Source of the DNA: Octopus vulgaris
Taxonomy: Eukaryota
Assembly (NCBI GenBank): GCA_951406725.2
Contig: OX597832.1
Location: 30,380,001-30,444,000, forward strand
Reading direction: 5' to 3'
Length of the DNA stretch: 64,000 nucleotides
Shown: positions 14,750 through 29,790 of the stretch, piece by piece
Layout of the letters: every line of letters starts with the position of its first letter
Position numbering within the stretch: the stretch's first letter is position 1
Translations under genes and position numbers: made by a program
Notes under the pieces: model-generated
Told to the model about the DNA's origin: nothing
The model's input: the letters and a program-made list of their open reading frames with translations, nothing else
Database searches by the model: none

Positions 14750-15420
14750 GGCAGCACTCCAATGTAAGGTATGTGTGTGCAGTGGATAGAAAGCAGCTAT
14801 CATCACAGGGATTATTTCTGTTTTTTCTTCTTACATTCAGGTTATCTCACTTTCCAGATCTTTATAGTTGGATGTTTTCACAATGTGTTTGAGAAATAAA
14901 TCATCATCGGTTGAGATCGATACTTCGATTACGAGGCGGTTTTTCCGGTGGTTCTTGACAATAATATCTAATTGATTAGCCTCGAACTCTCTGTCTGTGT
15001 TTACTGACATATTCCAGTTTATGGTTGCTTTAGCATTCTGTCAGTCTTTCTCCTTTGTATGCGTTGGACTGTTATAGTCTCCCTTATATAAAAGCTTGAC
15101 TCGGTTCTGCCCGTGAATGTATTCACTCTCAGCTAAAACCGGGCAACCAGAGACAATGTATTAAATTGTTTCTTGCCAGACTCTGTAGATTCTCTTGCTG
15201 TATGATATATTGTTTTGTTCCATAATTTTCGTGGTTCCTGTCAGAAACACAATAAAAATCTTTGAACTGCAAAAAAAAAATCTTTGATTTCGTGTTTCTC
15301 AGCAAAGTCTATCATTTCTTTTCAAATTTTCCGCGCCCTTTCAGACGCGGAAGAATATTTTGTGACTTGCCATCGTTTTAACGGGTCATGCTTCCGCCTC
15401 TTTCAAGCTTCCTCATAATT
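14750..15420 (-). mobile_element. Degenerate R4/Dong-type LINE 3' part (RLE domain)
   Basis: Broken frames give ...RLVIEVSISTDD...NYKDLE, resembling the PD..D restriction-like endonuclease region. Confidence 0.5.
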
Positions 15421-17233
15421 CTCTTCATCCTGTCCTTCTTTTCTATTTGAATTCATTGAAAACAATTTTATTTCTGTTTAGATTTCATTCTTTCACTAGT
15501 TTCAGTCATAAGATTGTGGCCATGCCTCGGCATCCTCTTCAAGTGTTTTTCAGGGGACCATATCAACTGCCAGTATTTATTTCAGTCTGGTATCTATTTT
15601 CATTGCTGTTCATTTGTTGAGATGCTAATTCAATGTACAAAATTTGACAAGCATAAGAAATATCGACTGTTTGGATAGGTGTAAATATAAACACATTGCC
15701 ACAAACAAATGTGTGTGTGTGTGCGGGCGCGCCGTGAATTTGTTCATGACTTCTCTCAACTCATGAGATGTAGGTCCACACGAGATTACAGTTGAAGATA
15801 CACATATTTCTGCGCCGTGAGTTCGAACCCGGAACAATGAGGTCGCGAAGTGGAATCTTAACCATAAAACTATTCTGTTTGGGTTTTTGTAGCTTTTCAA
15901 CTAGTTTCTTTTTGTTCTTTACTAGATATGTTTTAGCTGAGGAGTAGGAGGAGGAGACCCCCTTCGGTCACGAATGACCATGGGATTGCACCTTAATCCC
16001 TTTGTCTGTCCTTGTTTGTCCCCTCTAGGTTTAGCCCCTTGTGGGCAATACAGAAATAAGAAACAGACGACGTTGTGGTATCAGCTGAAGATAGGTGAAA
16101 GAGAGCCACGCATTCTGTAGAGTGTTAAGAACTTAAGGTTTACCAATCATTGGGTTTGCCATTATAGGATTCGATCTCGAATATTTGAGTATGAACTGCT
16201 GATCCACCGCAGGTGTTCGGTGAGTTTCTCTTTCAAAAAGAGCTGAATAAAAGACAGAGAGATAAGGGTGTGTGGGTGGAGAAGATAAAATTTGTGTTGA
16301 ATTCCTCAGAGCAATTTGAATGTCAAAAAAAGTGAGAAAATACGTTATTGTGGTAACGATTAGTTTTGTTTTTATAATGAACAAATTAATTTGGTAGCTC
16401 TGATATAATTAAATTAGTAATTTGCTTCAATTTATAAAATAAAACATATTAGTAACATCTGCTTTGTCCGATTAGTTCTAACAATTTTATTAGTATGACT
16501 AATGACAAGATAATTAGTTTAATAACGTTGATTCCTTTCTCCTGAAGCTGTAAATAAATTTTTTGGTGGTTTCTGCTTTTAATTGATTTTATAATTGATC
16601 TTTCATATGTAAATTAAATAAATTGATTTACAAGTTAGATCCGTCTCATCTCTCTCTCTCTCTTTCTCTCTCTCTTCTCCCGACCTCTCCTCCCTCACCC
16701 CCACCAAAGTCATCACTCACATTCCAGTCAATACTACAACTGTCTCTCTTCCTCTCTTTATCTCTTAAGCATCAATCAAGTTCGTTCGCTAATTTATGTT
16801 CTACAAATCATCTTTTTCTTCTTCTTCTTCTTCTTCTTCTTCTTCTTCTTCTTCTTCTTCTTCTTCTTCTTCTTCTTCTTTTTCTTCTTCTCCTCCTCCT
16901 TCACCTCCTCCTACTCCGGTGCCACTCCACATGAGAATCACCTACAGCATACGCCATATTATTGAGCAACATGTAGCGTAGCTGAGAGGCTGTAAGCTCC
17001 ATGAGCAGGTTAAGACGCTGGCATTGATTTCAGTGGGGAATACAGAAACTAGTTGACCATTTCTTGCTTATTCTGGTTAACTATTTTGTATTTAGAGAAC
17101 TCTGTAATATCAGCACAGCAGAATAAAAATCTTGGACAAAACATGTTAGGAGGACAAGAAGAAATATCTGTCTGATGATGATGATGATGATGATGATAAC
17201 GAATGAATATATGTATAGACATTTACATATACG

Positions 17234-17270
<37 letters not shown>

Positions 17271-17499
17271 TACAACGATTAGTTCCACCGTAATATGGCT
17301 CTTTAGGCAATGTGAAGTAATATATATTGTTTCTTGTTTGCCTGAAGATCCATTTAAAACGGAACATTTTGCTATAAATAACACATACCGCGTGTGTGTG
17401 TGTGTGTGCGAGGGTGTTGTTACAATATCATTTCTGGAGTTTTCTATAGAAGATTTAACGCTTTTACATCAGTATCATTCTGATAATTTAACAGTTTAG

Positions 17500-18620
17500 A
17501 AATTTCAATCATCTTTTTGCATCCGCTTTTCCATACTTGCATAGGTCGGGTGAAATTTCTCCAGTACACTTTCCCGCCCCTTGTCGTGGTCCCTTGTGGG
17601 TTTTAACCTCTTAAGATCCTTCCCCAATCCATCCTTTGTCTTCGTTGGTCATTCTCTTCCAGAATTCCTTCTATTTGGATCTCTTGGCATTTCTTTACTC
17701 AACTCTCATCTTCCGCACGTATCACGTGTCCGTACCAGCGTAGTCTTCTCTCTTTCACGCGACAACTCATTTCTCTCGTATCCAGTTTTCCCCTCAGTTC
17801 CTTTGTCCCCTGTCATTTATATATACTAACATTCCACGCCCAGCAAATACCCATATTTTGCTACCATGCAACATCGCCCATTCTACACAAGCCTCATGCC
17901 ATAAACCTCTCTCAGAGAATCTTTTTCTTGCAGTCAGAGATAATAACTACGGAACTTCTCCCATCCTTTCTTCCTTCAGCTTCTAAACTGTCGGATTATT
18001 CTCCTCCACTGCTAATTAGCTAACAAAAGTCATCAACTACTTCTATGGACTCTTTCGACTATTTCAAACTATTTCTACTCTTACTATTCCTGTACATCTG
18101 TTACAGACGACGTTTTCCTTTTCTGCACCTCCGTTACGGCTTTAAGGATAATAATGGGAGACAACCGAACCCTGATGGGCACCTAACTGGACCCTTTCAC
18201 AATTCATCATTCTACGCCTAGTTTTCTTAAAGATTACCAAATTACAGAGCGTAATTACCAAATTTCATAGGCTCTCTTTAAATTACTGACTATTTGGCGT
18301 AATAGCTAAGAACTTATGTACTCAATTACACAAAGACGAAAGCGTCGGTGCTACTCCATCCTCGTACGAACCGAACTTCATCTCATTTAAGTGGGTTCTC
18401 TCCCTAAACAATCCTAATTTTTTGTTGTTATTCTCATAACTTAATCCATCAGTTTGATGTCCCTGCAATTGTCTCTTTAGCATTAGATATAAACCGCCGC
18501 CTTTTACAATTTGATTGACTACACAAATTACTAGCGCGGGTCCTACTTCACTAGATGTTTTCAGCATCTCAACAGTTGTTCCGGATGTTTTCCCTGTCTT
18601 CGTACCCTTAATGAAATTTA
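17500..18620 (-). mobile_element. Degenerate RTE-like LINE fragment
   Basis: Remnants such as GVHQGSV.SP (18150-18185) and EVVDDFC.L, with multiple stops. Confidence 0.55.
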
Positions 18621-18652
18621 TATAAATCAAGATTTAAAAATGAGTGTGGGAG

Positions 18653-18692
18653 TTCAGATATGTTTCGATCTTATTTGACCTTATCAGTGAAA
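18653..18692 (-). ncRNA. Degenerate type-I hammerhead ribozyme motif
   Basis: ttca-CTGATAA-GGTC-aaataa-GATC-GAAAC-at-ATC-tgaa: stem I ttca/tgaa, 4-bp stem II, G8->A core change. Confidence 0.5.
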
Positions 18693-19375
18693 CATTGCCT
18701 CTACGTAAGATGAGTGATTGGGAACTGTAGTTCATTTCATGTGCTGCATGTAGGGCAACACACAGAACGCTCTACGTGTAGCGGGCTACATGTAGACTAT
18801 TCTGCGTGTTAACTGCACTGTATCATAAGAGTTCAGATTGTGTATTTGGCCTCCCCTAGAGCCTGCTGTAATGAGTTAATTATCTCACTAATTACTTTGT
18901 TAATGAGGTAATCAACATCAACGGTGCAATATTAATGAGATAGATAATTAGTACATATTATTTTACTAGTACATTGTAATAAACTACTGTTATGTTGTGA
19001 ATTGGTCTATGGTATTGTTAACCGTTCTGTACCGTTGGTCACTGGTCAGTACCATTAAATTAGTTCTCAGTTTGAAAGCGCTGAGTAGTTGTGTCACTTG
19101 TGCTGGACAATGGTGTTTGTTCACTGGACAATGGTGTTTGTTGTTGTATTGACTTTACTGAAGAAATACCTCGCTTCATAATTGTTCTGCATTATAATGT
19201 TAAGTATTGCTGCATTAACCGTACTGTTATATTAATATTTAACTGTACTCTTACGTTGATAACTGTGCTATTGTGACAATACGAAGACAACATTATTGGT
19301 TCACGTAAGATGAAGTCTAAACATCGATCATTTTTCTTGCCAGGTCCGTGACGGTTAAAAGTAATAACTGATGCT

Positions 19376-19406
<31 letters not shown>

Positions 19407-19841
19407 TTGGGGTGGGAGAGAGAAAATAGTAATAGTTTCCTCTTAAGCGGGGGACATCTTATAAAGTTTTGATAGCATATCTGTTCTATTAAAAACAAGC
19501 CCGAAATATTTCAGTAGTTTATTAGTTGTTTGGAAGTATTTACCTGAGATGATATCAACACCTAAACTGATTTGGTTTTGATATTCAAAGGGTTTCAAAG
19601 GTGAACACAGTTCATTGTGACTCCAAGATTTAAGAACCCCCACTTTTCTCCTCGATCTCTCTCTCACATACACACACTCACACATGTTACTTAATTAGGA
19701 CTGTTAATAAACATTTCAGATGAAAATGTTGTGGCTTTGTAATTCTAGTTGCTATATTCTATATCTTCATTGTTACAACACAAAGGAAAGTTATAATTAA
19801 ATAAATCAACAAGTTCGATTTAAAATATAGAATTGACCTTA

Positions 19842-20477
<636 letters not shown>

Positions 20478-20769
20478 TCACATAGAAACTGACTTTTGTA
20501 AGCTGCCGTTGCGAGTTAATGTTTCTATAGTAAGGACAATGCTGACCTGAAATGAAAAATAACACAAATAAATATCTGGGAATATTTTCAAAACAATACT
20601 TTTCACCTGGAATCTTCGAATATATTACAACAGGTGTAAGAGCATATTTCAGATAAATGTCAAAGACACATACAATTTGAAGCATTTCATTTTTCATCTT
20701 AGACACATTGAATTGAATTAATTCTACTTGGAAAATAAAATTTGAATTTGAAACAGTGTGTGTGTGTGT

Positions 20770-21030
20770 GTGGTTTTCCGTCGGTTTCGACGATGAAGAT
20801 TCCGTTGTTCGGTCCGTTGAATTATCTGCGGTTTTATATTGCCCAGACACATCTAGCCTTAACATGATACTCGGCCAGAATCAGAGTGACAAAATACTTG
20901 ACAAGACTGTGTCTTTGAATTGCAGGTGCCACCCACCGGGTACCGTAGAAGTCACTCAAGAGTGACATGTTTTGTGCCAACACTTGGTCTATTGGGCAGT
21001 GATTAACGAATTTATTGAATTAAAATTAGA
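20770..21030 (-). promoter_or_regulatory. Candidate promoter / non-coding first exon region of Arx
   Basis: Non-repetitive, comparatively GC/CpG-richer island just upstream of the coding exon, with CCAAT on the minus strand at ~20991-20995. Positional inference only. Confidence 0.3.
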
Positions 21031-21364
21031 GTCTGGACTCGCCAGGAATTCTGCTTCTTGTTCTACGGTGCAATACAAAGGCAAGCCTCGTCAAGCTTTA
21101 CTTTAATACCTAAACAAAATATTCTTGTAAAATATACTTGCATATATCTTCGAGGATTAAACCGATTTGTTATCAAGCAGAAAAATGGTAAGTTAGTCTG
21201 CAGTAATATAAATATGAATTCTAAGCGATATCTCCATTGTATTCCAGACGTAATTGGAACCGTTCAATATTTGATATTCAACACAATGAATTCTTCCCGT
21301 TGTTCATCGGTTATAATTGCATACAAGACACTTATAGAAGAACATATGTGTACATGAATAGGTA

Positions 21365-21449
<85 letters not shown>

Positions 21450-21762
21450 CGATCGTGAACGTTGCAGCAGCAAACAAGAAAGCTGATAGCATAATTGGAG
21501 AAGAAATAAAAAGACATCAGTGATTGGATGGTTTGATGTTTTGAGTCAAAGACGACAAAAAAGAATAGAATGGCTGAGTCTGTTGTTGTTGTTGTTGTGT
21601 TACATGACTATATTGAAAAGCTGAGTGTTAATACATAGAATTGGTCAACGTCCTCTTGCAGTGTCTACCAGCCAAAAGTACATGTTCTACTATTTGTTCT
21701 CGAATCGAAGTTGCTACCTGGATTTTTCAGCCTTCGGTTATTTTAATATATTTCTGTCCCTT

Positions 21763-21975
21763 TGGGCGGCGCGCCGGCAGAATCGTTAATGTGCCGGGCA
21801 AAATGCTTGGCGGTGTTTCGTCCGTTTCAACGTTCTGAATTCAAATTTCACCGAGGTCGACTTTGCCATTCATCTTTGCTGGGTCGATAAAATGAGTACC
21901 AGTTGAACACTGGGGTCGATGTAAACGACTGAACGCTTCCCTCGGAATTGCTGGCCTCGTGCCAAAATTTGAATC
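21763..21975 (+). mobile_element. SINE family A
   Basis: Family A head and core. Confidence 0.8.
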
Positions 21976-23610
21976 AATATGCTTCTGCCGCGTTACATAC
22001 GTTAGGAAGATATAGCTATGGCTTACTATATTGTAGGCCTACACTCCTACATACTTGTATGATACACATATATGCATACATGCATGCATACATACATACA
22101 TAAATACATACATACATACATATATACATACCACACCACACTGCCTAAATACCAATCTTGTGAGTTTAGGTTTCTCAAAACCAGAAAGGAGAGAGCTAAT
22201 TCGAAGACTACAGATCCAATCCATCACTGGAACTGTAAAAATCTGTAAAACTTTCCGGAAGTTTATCATTTAAATATATATGAGCCTGTCAAATATATAT
22301 GAGATATGCAACTATATGCATGAGAATACATACATACATACATACATACATACATACATACCCTGTGTTTGATGTTGAAATTCCAAGGAAGGAGCCTTGG
22401 ATCTAGGTTAGAAACCGGTTCTTTCTCTATTGGCAAGAAATCTTGAAATAAACTGCATAATGACATACATACACTCACACACACACACTTACATACGAAC
22501 GTACATATGTATGCATGTATGTACTATGTACGTACGTACGTGCGTATGCATGTATGTATGTATGTACGTACATACGTACGTATGTATGTATAATTTTTCT
22601 CTCTAATCAAATACATGTTAAGTTCTAAGTATCATTTAGAGAGAACAGTGAAGTCTTCTAGTTAATTATATGGCTGTATGGTCTGGATGAATAAGTTTAC
22701 TAGAGAGGGGAGGTCGCGGACAAAATCAGGATCAGGGAGAGGGTATTTGACTTTAGTGCTCGGAACAGCCTGAGATTATTTTACTGATCAAGACTCCACC
22801 TCGTCAATTCCGCCACCGCAACATGCTTGATGCTTAATTCTTGGACCTAAATCGTATTTGATCTCCCAATCAGCCAGTTGAATCGATCAGGCAAAATTAT
22901 ATTGATTCCTTAATGGATTTTAGTGATGTGCAATAATCGTCTCCCAAGTAATTCAGAGCAAAATAAAGACAAGGCTAGTGCCCTGCACAGGCGATAAATA
23001 TTCTGCAAATGAGATGTTGTGGCAGTCATGACCTTACCAGAAGTATAAATGGAATAAGAGAAGTGAAGTATTTCACCGGGGAATTGAAACCGGATTGCGT
23101 TCTCAGATACCAAAATCTTGTCATCTACAACACTCACAACCGTATAAATGAGAAAATACTGTAGAGGTCAACGTTATGACGATCGAGGTCAATCTAGCCA
23201 TGACAATCCCTGACCTTTTAGAAGACTATCTAACACTGCATTGCCCTATGCGTCCTTTATTTAAGACAGTACAGCATGATTTGAGGGATAATGAACTGTT
23301 ATTTTTAGCAAGTCGAGCAACAGCCAAATGGTTCTCAAAACTGACAAATAACTCCCCGCATCCAATTGTTTATTAAGGTAAAAATGTCCCTAAAATGCTT
23401 CCTTCTTCGGCCCCTTTTCAATCTTCCCGGTTCTCCGCCCCCTTTCACAGACAATGAAATACACAATAACAGCGACGGCAATTTCGATACAAGTAGACAC
23501 GATTACACGATAATACAAACGCTGCGCCATGTTGTTACATAGTATATACATACATTCTATATATTAAATATACACACATATATATATATATATATATATA
23601 TCTATATATA

Positions 23611-23803
23611 CTCTTTTACTTGTTTCAGTCATTCGACTGCGGCCATGCTGGAGCACCGCCTTTAGTCGAGCAAATCGACCCCGGGACTTATTCTTTGTAA
23701 GCCCAGTACTTATTCTATCGGTCTCTTTTGCCGAACCGCTAGGTGACGAGGACGTATACATACAAGCATCGGTTGTCAAGTAATGCTAGGGGGACAAACA
23801 CAG

Positions 23804-23844
<41 letters not shown>

Positions 23845-23933
23845 CATATATACGACGGGCTTCATTCAGTTTCCGTCTACCAAATCCACTCACAAGGCTT
23901 TGGTCGGCCCGAGGCTATAGTAGAAGACACTTG
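23611..23933 (-). mobile_element. SINE family B, 5'-truncated
   Basis: Reverse complement of the family B body and tail. Confidence 0.88.
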
Positions 23934-24045
<112 letters not shown>

Positions 24046-24216
24046 GGCGCAGGAGTGGCTGTGTGGTAAGTAGCTCGCTTACCAACCACATGGTTCCGGG
24101 TTCAGTCCCACTGCGTGGCATCTTGGGCAAGTGTCTTCTGCTATAGCCTCGGGCCGACCGAAGCCTTGTCAGTGGATTTGGTAGACGGAAACTGAAAGAA
24201 GCCTGTCGTATATATG

Positions 24217-24249
<33 letters not shown>

Positions 24250-24440
24250 TTGTGTGTCTGTGTTTGTCCCCCTAGCATTACTTGACAACCGATGCTGGTG
24301 TGTTTATGTCCCCGTCACTTAGCGATTCGGCAAAAGAGACCGATAGAATAAGTACTGGGCTTCCAAAGAATAAGTCCCGGGGTCGATTTGCTCGAATGAC
24401 TGAAACAAGTAAAAGAGTAAAGAGTAAAGAGTAAAAGAGT
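24046..24440 (+). mobile_element. SINE family B
   Basis: Full head GGCGCAGGAGTGGCTGTGTGG; tail of tandem GAGTAAA(A) units. Confidence 0.88.
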
Positions 24441-24771
24441 ATATATATATATATATATATATGCATACTCTAATATTAAACATAGACACGGATGAAATCA
24501 AGCAGAAATATTTGGGGTTCCCGGGTGGTTTTTAAAACATCGGTGACACGTTCAGTGATTGACAGGTTTTTAACGACATTTGTGAAATGTATTGGATTGG
24601 TGATGTTGTTGTTGTTGCTGTTGTTATTGTGTAAAATATGCAGTCTTTATTATTTAATTTTCCCCCAGTAAGTAATTTAATAATATTTATGTTTTGCGGG
24701 AGGGAAAGTGTTAGAGCTACATTTTTAAATGTAGATACCTAGACTCAAGCACACACACACACACACACACA

Positions 24772-24821
<50 letters not shown>

Positions 24822-24925
24822 CTCACACACAACCCACACTCACACACACACACTCATACACATACACTCATACACACACACACGTCTCTGTGTGTGTCTG
24901 TCTGTGTGTCTGGGGTTGTTGATTG

Positions 24926-24980
24926 TTTATCTATAATGTAATGTAAAAGTTTATGTACATTTCAATCTGTCTACCTATCT

Positions 24981-25024
<44 letters not shown>

Positions 25025-25124
25025 ACACACACACACTCACACACACACACACACGCGCGCGTGTGTGTACAGATAGGTAGAAAGATTGAAATGTACATAA
25101 ACTTTTACATTACATTATAGATAA
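24926..25124. repeat. Inverted repeat with ~64-bp arms around a (CA)n spacer
   Basis: 24926-24990 pairs with 25061-25124, one mismatch seen. Confidence 0.88.
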
Positions 25125-25552
25125 AACTCTCACACACACACATACAAACACACACACACGCACACACACACAGGTCTATATTGTCAGACACAAATGATGA
25201 AGAGATAGAGGCAGGCATGAAGACACACAGACGGGCTGAGAGATAGATGTGTAAACAAATCGAGTTAATGTATATTTAATTAAAATCTGACAGCAAAGTT
25301 AATATATGATTGAAAGTTGGACACATTATATATAGAAATTTAGAATAAAGAGAGTTTGAACGAACAGAGAGGAGAGGGGGAAGAGAAGGAGAGGAAGGAG
25401 AGCGAGAGCAGGTGCGTGGAATGCTGATGCAAGAGAGAGAAGAGAGAGACATGTTGACAAATTGAATGATATATAAGATAACATAAATATGGTGTGTCTT
25501 GATGATGTATATGGGAAGATGGAGTCACACAAACACACACACACACACACTC

Positions 25553-25638
25553 TGGTAGAAGTGGTGGTAGTAGTAGTAGTGGTGGTGGTGGTGGTAGTAG
25601 CAGTAGTAGTGGTAGTGGTAGTAGTGGTGGTGGTAGTG

Positions 25639-25682
<44 letters not shown>

Positions 25683-26058
25683 GGTAGTGGTAATGGTAGT
25701 AGTAGTAGTAGTGGTAGTGGTAGTAGTAGTAGTAGTAGTAGTGGTAGTGGTGGTGGTAGTAGTAGTAGTGGTAGTGGTAGTAGTGGTGGTGGTAGTGGTA
25801 GTAGTAGTAGTAGTGGTGGTGGTAGTGGTAGTAGTAGTAGTAATAGTAGTAGTAGTAGTAGTAATAGTGGTAGTGGTAGTGGTAGTAGTGGTGGTGGTAG
25901 TGGTAGTAGTGGTGGTGGTAGTGGTAGTAGTAGTAGTAGTGGTGGTGGTAGTGGTAGTAGTAGTAGTAGTGGTAATGGTAGTAGTAGTAGTGGTGGTGGT
26001 GGTAGTGGTAGTAGTAGTAGTAGTGGTAGTGGTAGTAGTAGTAGTGGTGGTAGTGGTA

Positions 26059-26098
<40 letters not shown>

Positions 26099-26145
26099 TG
26101 GTAGTGGTAGTAGTGGTAGTGGTAGTAGTAGTAGTAGTGGTAGTG

Positions 26146-26198
<53 letters not shown>

Positions 26199-26291
26199 GG
26201 TGGTGGTATGGTAGTAGTAGTAGTAGTGGTAGTGGTAGTAGTGGTGGTAGTGGTAGTAGTAGTGGTGGTGGTTGTAGTGGTGGTGGTAATG

Positions 26292-26325
<34 letters not shown>
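25553..26325. repeat. (GTA/GTG)n compound trinucleotide array, ~770 bp
   Basis: Direct reading; source of the poly-Val ORFs. Confidence 0.97.
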
Positions 26326-26737
26326 GTCAGCTATGCATCTTACTCACCCTTCAGCTTTCGGCTGGAGGTGTTTGGCACCTCCGTCTCCAGTGGTGCTTAG
26401 ACTTGCGACGATGCAACCAAGAAGTGTTAGGGACTCTCTTTAGGCCCGCACTTCGGCGAGCTTTTCGTTCCTGCCACATTTCATCCTCTGACCATCGCAC
26501 CAAACGGAGTGCAGCTGTAACCACTCCAACCACACTGCAACTGTTTTCATTTTCGCTCTCACCTTTGATCCTTTTTTTTTTTCTGTTTTTAGTCTAAAGT
26601 TCTCTTGTTTCTTTTTTTTGTTTCTATTGTTTGTTTGTTTGTTTTCTGCTTCTGTCTCTAGTGAACAGCTCACTCACTACTTGGCTATCCAATCTAGGTA
26701 GGGTTATGCCGAGCAGATACACCGCAGCTACATCGCT

Positions 26738-27066
26738 ATACATACATACATACATACATACATACATACATACATACATACATACATACATACATACATA
26801 CATACATACGTCTGTGTGTGTGTGTATGTTTGTATGTTTGTATGTATATGTAGGTATGTATATATATGTATGTATATATATATATATATATGTATGCATA
26901 TATATATGTATGTATATATATATGTATGTATGTATATATATGTATATATATGTATATATATGTGTATATATATATATGTGTATATATATATGTATATATA
27001 TGTATGTATGTATGTATGTATATATATGTATGTATGTATGTATATATATGTATGTATGTATGTATA

Positions 27067-27138
<72 letters not shown>
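26738..27138. repeat. (CATA)n/(TATG)n/(TA)n compound microsatellite
   Basis: Direct reading. Confidence 0.95.
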
Positions 27139-27139
<1 letters not shown>

Positions 27140-28808
27140 GGAAAAAAATGCAACAATCCTATGTGAGGGAGAAAGCAGACAAAGAAGCCTGGGTTATAAA
27201 AAAACATTAAGTCAAACCCAAAGGCCTTCTTTCATTACGCGAAAGAAACTGCCTCAGTACTCTGCAAGATAGGACTCCTCCTCCAAAAAGATGGCTCCGC
27301 CACAGACAGTCCAACTAAGATCAGTGAGATACTGAATGACCAGAAAAGTGAATGAACCAGTGGACTTCTTCGCCGTTTCACCTATAACCAGCGAGGCAGT
27401 TACAATAGAATACATTGACATAGATAAATGGTCACAAACTCAACTGCTGGTCCTAATGGTTTCCCAGCAATCCTCCTCAAATCATGCAAGCATGCCCTGG
27501 CAAAACTCCACCAGATTCTCTTCCAGAGCTTTCTTGCAAATGGCTAACTACCAAGCAAGCTGGAGGAGGGAATAATACACCCAATACATAAAGGGGGAAG
27601 TAGAGCAGATGCCAAAAACTATAGGCCTATCTCTCTGACTTCACACATCAGCAAAGTCATGAAACAGATAGTCAGAGGGAAACTAATCGCATTCCTTGAA
27701 GAAAATAACTTGCTGAGTGATGCCCGGCGTGGTTTTCGACCAGGTAGGAGCTGCCTGACCCAGCTCTTACAACATTATGACTGGGTGTTGAGGCAGTTAC
27801 TCAACAAATCAAATGTGGACGTAATATACCTTGATTTTTCAAAAGCTTTTGACAAGGTGGATCATGGTATGATATGCCACAAACTGCGTGACCTTGGTAT
27901 AGCTGGAAAACTTGGAGAGTGGTTACATGACTTCCTGAAAGATAGGAGTCAGGCAGTAGTGGCTAATGGAGCCACCTCTATGAACACACAAATAGTGAGC
28001 GGTGTTCCACAGGGCACTGTCTTGGGACCACTGCTTTTTATAGTGGCCCTTTCAGATATGCCCTCAAATGCCCAGATAGCCACTCTGGCAAAGGTATGCA
28101 GATGATACGAAAGTCTCGCAGAAAATACAGAACCCCAGCGATGTTGCACACCTGCAGCAAGAGTTGGACTCAATTTACAGATAGGCTGAGGATAATAATA
28201 TGTAGGTTAATGCTGAAAGTTCCAAGCTCTGCGCTACCAGCATCCAAAACTGAATATGAAACTTACAGAGTACACCGGTCCACAGGAAATTTTAATCCCA
28301 GAACCTAAGTCAGTGAGGGACCTGGGTATCGACGTGAGTGATGATACCTCTTTCCAAGTGCACATTACCAGGATGGCGACAAAGTGCAGACGACTGGCTT
28401 GATGGATCCTAGAACATTCAGAACCAGAGATAAGGAAACCATGATGGTCCTCTGGCGGACATTCGTCCTCAGCCGCCTGGATTACTGCTCACAGCTATGG
28501 TCACCCACCAATGTGAAATTAACAGCGAACCTTGAAGCAATCCAGAGAAGATTCACAAAGAAGATCGTCTCTTTGCAACAGCTCAGCTACTGGGAAAGGT
28601 TGAAACAGTTAAGACTCTACTCCCTGGAGAGAAGACGGGAGAGGTATGCAGTAATATATATCTGGAAGATCTTGGAAGGAATTGTGCCAAAATTTGGCAT
28701 TGTAAGCTATACCAATGCCAGAACGGGATAACACTGGATAGTGCCAAAGATCCCAGCAATGCCATCACGCTTCAGGACCAGTTACTGCAACAACCTGGGT
28801 TTCAAGGA
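27140..28808 (+). mobile_element. CR1/L2-group LINE reverse-transcriptase region, frameshifted
   Basis: NYRPISLTS; RGFRPGRSCLTQLL; DVIYLDFSKAFDKVDH; SGVPQGTVLGPLLF; YADDTK after a frameshift at ~28092; RLDYCSQLWSP; SLERRRER. Confidence 0.92.
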
Positions 28809-28809
28809 C

Positions 28810-29790
28810 TATTTTTTGGTTTCTTATTATCCTCATTAATATTAGGATGGTTAAGTACTACCTTATCGTTGATGCCACTAGATCTACTCGTATTATTAAT
28901 ATTTTGATTAATAGAGGGATTATATGTTAATTTATCTTCGAAGCCACTATTTGGCTAGGGCCTTGTTATAATAGGGGGCAGCTTTGTCGAAAATTTCTTT
29001 GGAAGAGATGTTAGTCAGTCTGTTACTAATATTAGCTATCAGATTTTAAAATACTTCAGGAGGGTGACAAGACTGTTTATGGATATATGCGAGTTTCTCA
29101 TTAGGCTTATGGAAAGGTTTACATGAGGAGGAGTTTAAATCTAGGGAAACATCTAAATGATGGAATATACAGAGATTAGTAGTTATTGTGATTTTAAGTC
29201 CTAATTGATTAAAGGTTGAGAAATAGTTCCTTCCTAAATCTACCAAGGTTGTGACCACTACACACATGGGAAATACCTAAACCGTCTTCACGGTATAGGC
29301 CAATGTCATTAGCTAGGTATCTATACCTCAATGTGTTTAATATAAGTAAACCCACAAGATCACAGCACTATCATATGACCCCATAGATACATCAAATACT
29401 TCATCACTATGCGATGTTTTTACCCATGCTAATCCATTAGTGAACAAAAGTGCTTTCCTCGCATGCCTGATAAAATCTAGATCGCTGCTTGATAAAGCTA
29501 TTGAATTTACTAATTCATATGTTGAAATCGATCCTATAGATCTAAAGCTTAGACCATAGATCTAGAGTTTAGAACCTAGGTTGCAGGCATTTTTGTCTTC
29601 TAAGAAACTTTTCCTCAACATTGATCCGATTGTGATTGTGGTTGTTAATAATATCTGGATTATTTTTGGTGTTTAAGAATCAATATTCTTTTCTCTGTTG
29701 GATTTTAGGCCAATTTCTTCCTCACACCGATAAGGAATTTGATAATTTTCAATTTTCAAAAAATGATGTCTAAATGAGTCATGGCTAATT
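28810..29790 (-). mobile_element. Penelope-like element RT fragment
   Basis: FDVSMGSYD, DIGLYREDG (YRDD-type motif, 29307-29281) and GLKITITTN...LDVSLDL...KPFHKPNEKLAYIHKQSCHPP (PLE SNHP-type thumb). Confidence 0.82.

Noticed and set aside
25489-27272. Poly-Val and YI/CM-rich ORFs
   Set aside because: Translations of (GTA/GTG)n and (TA)/(TATG)n microsatellites.
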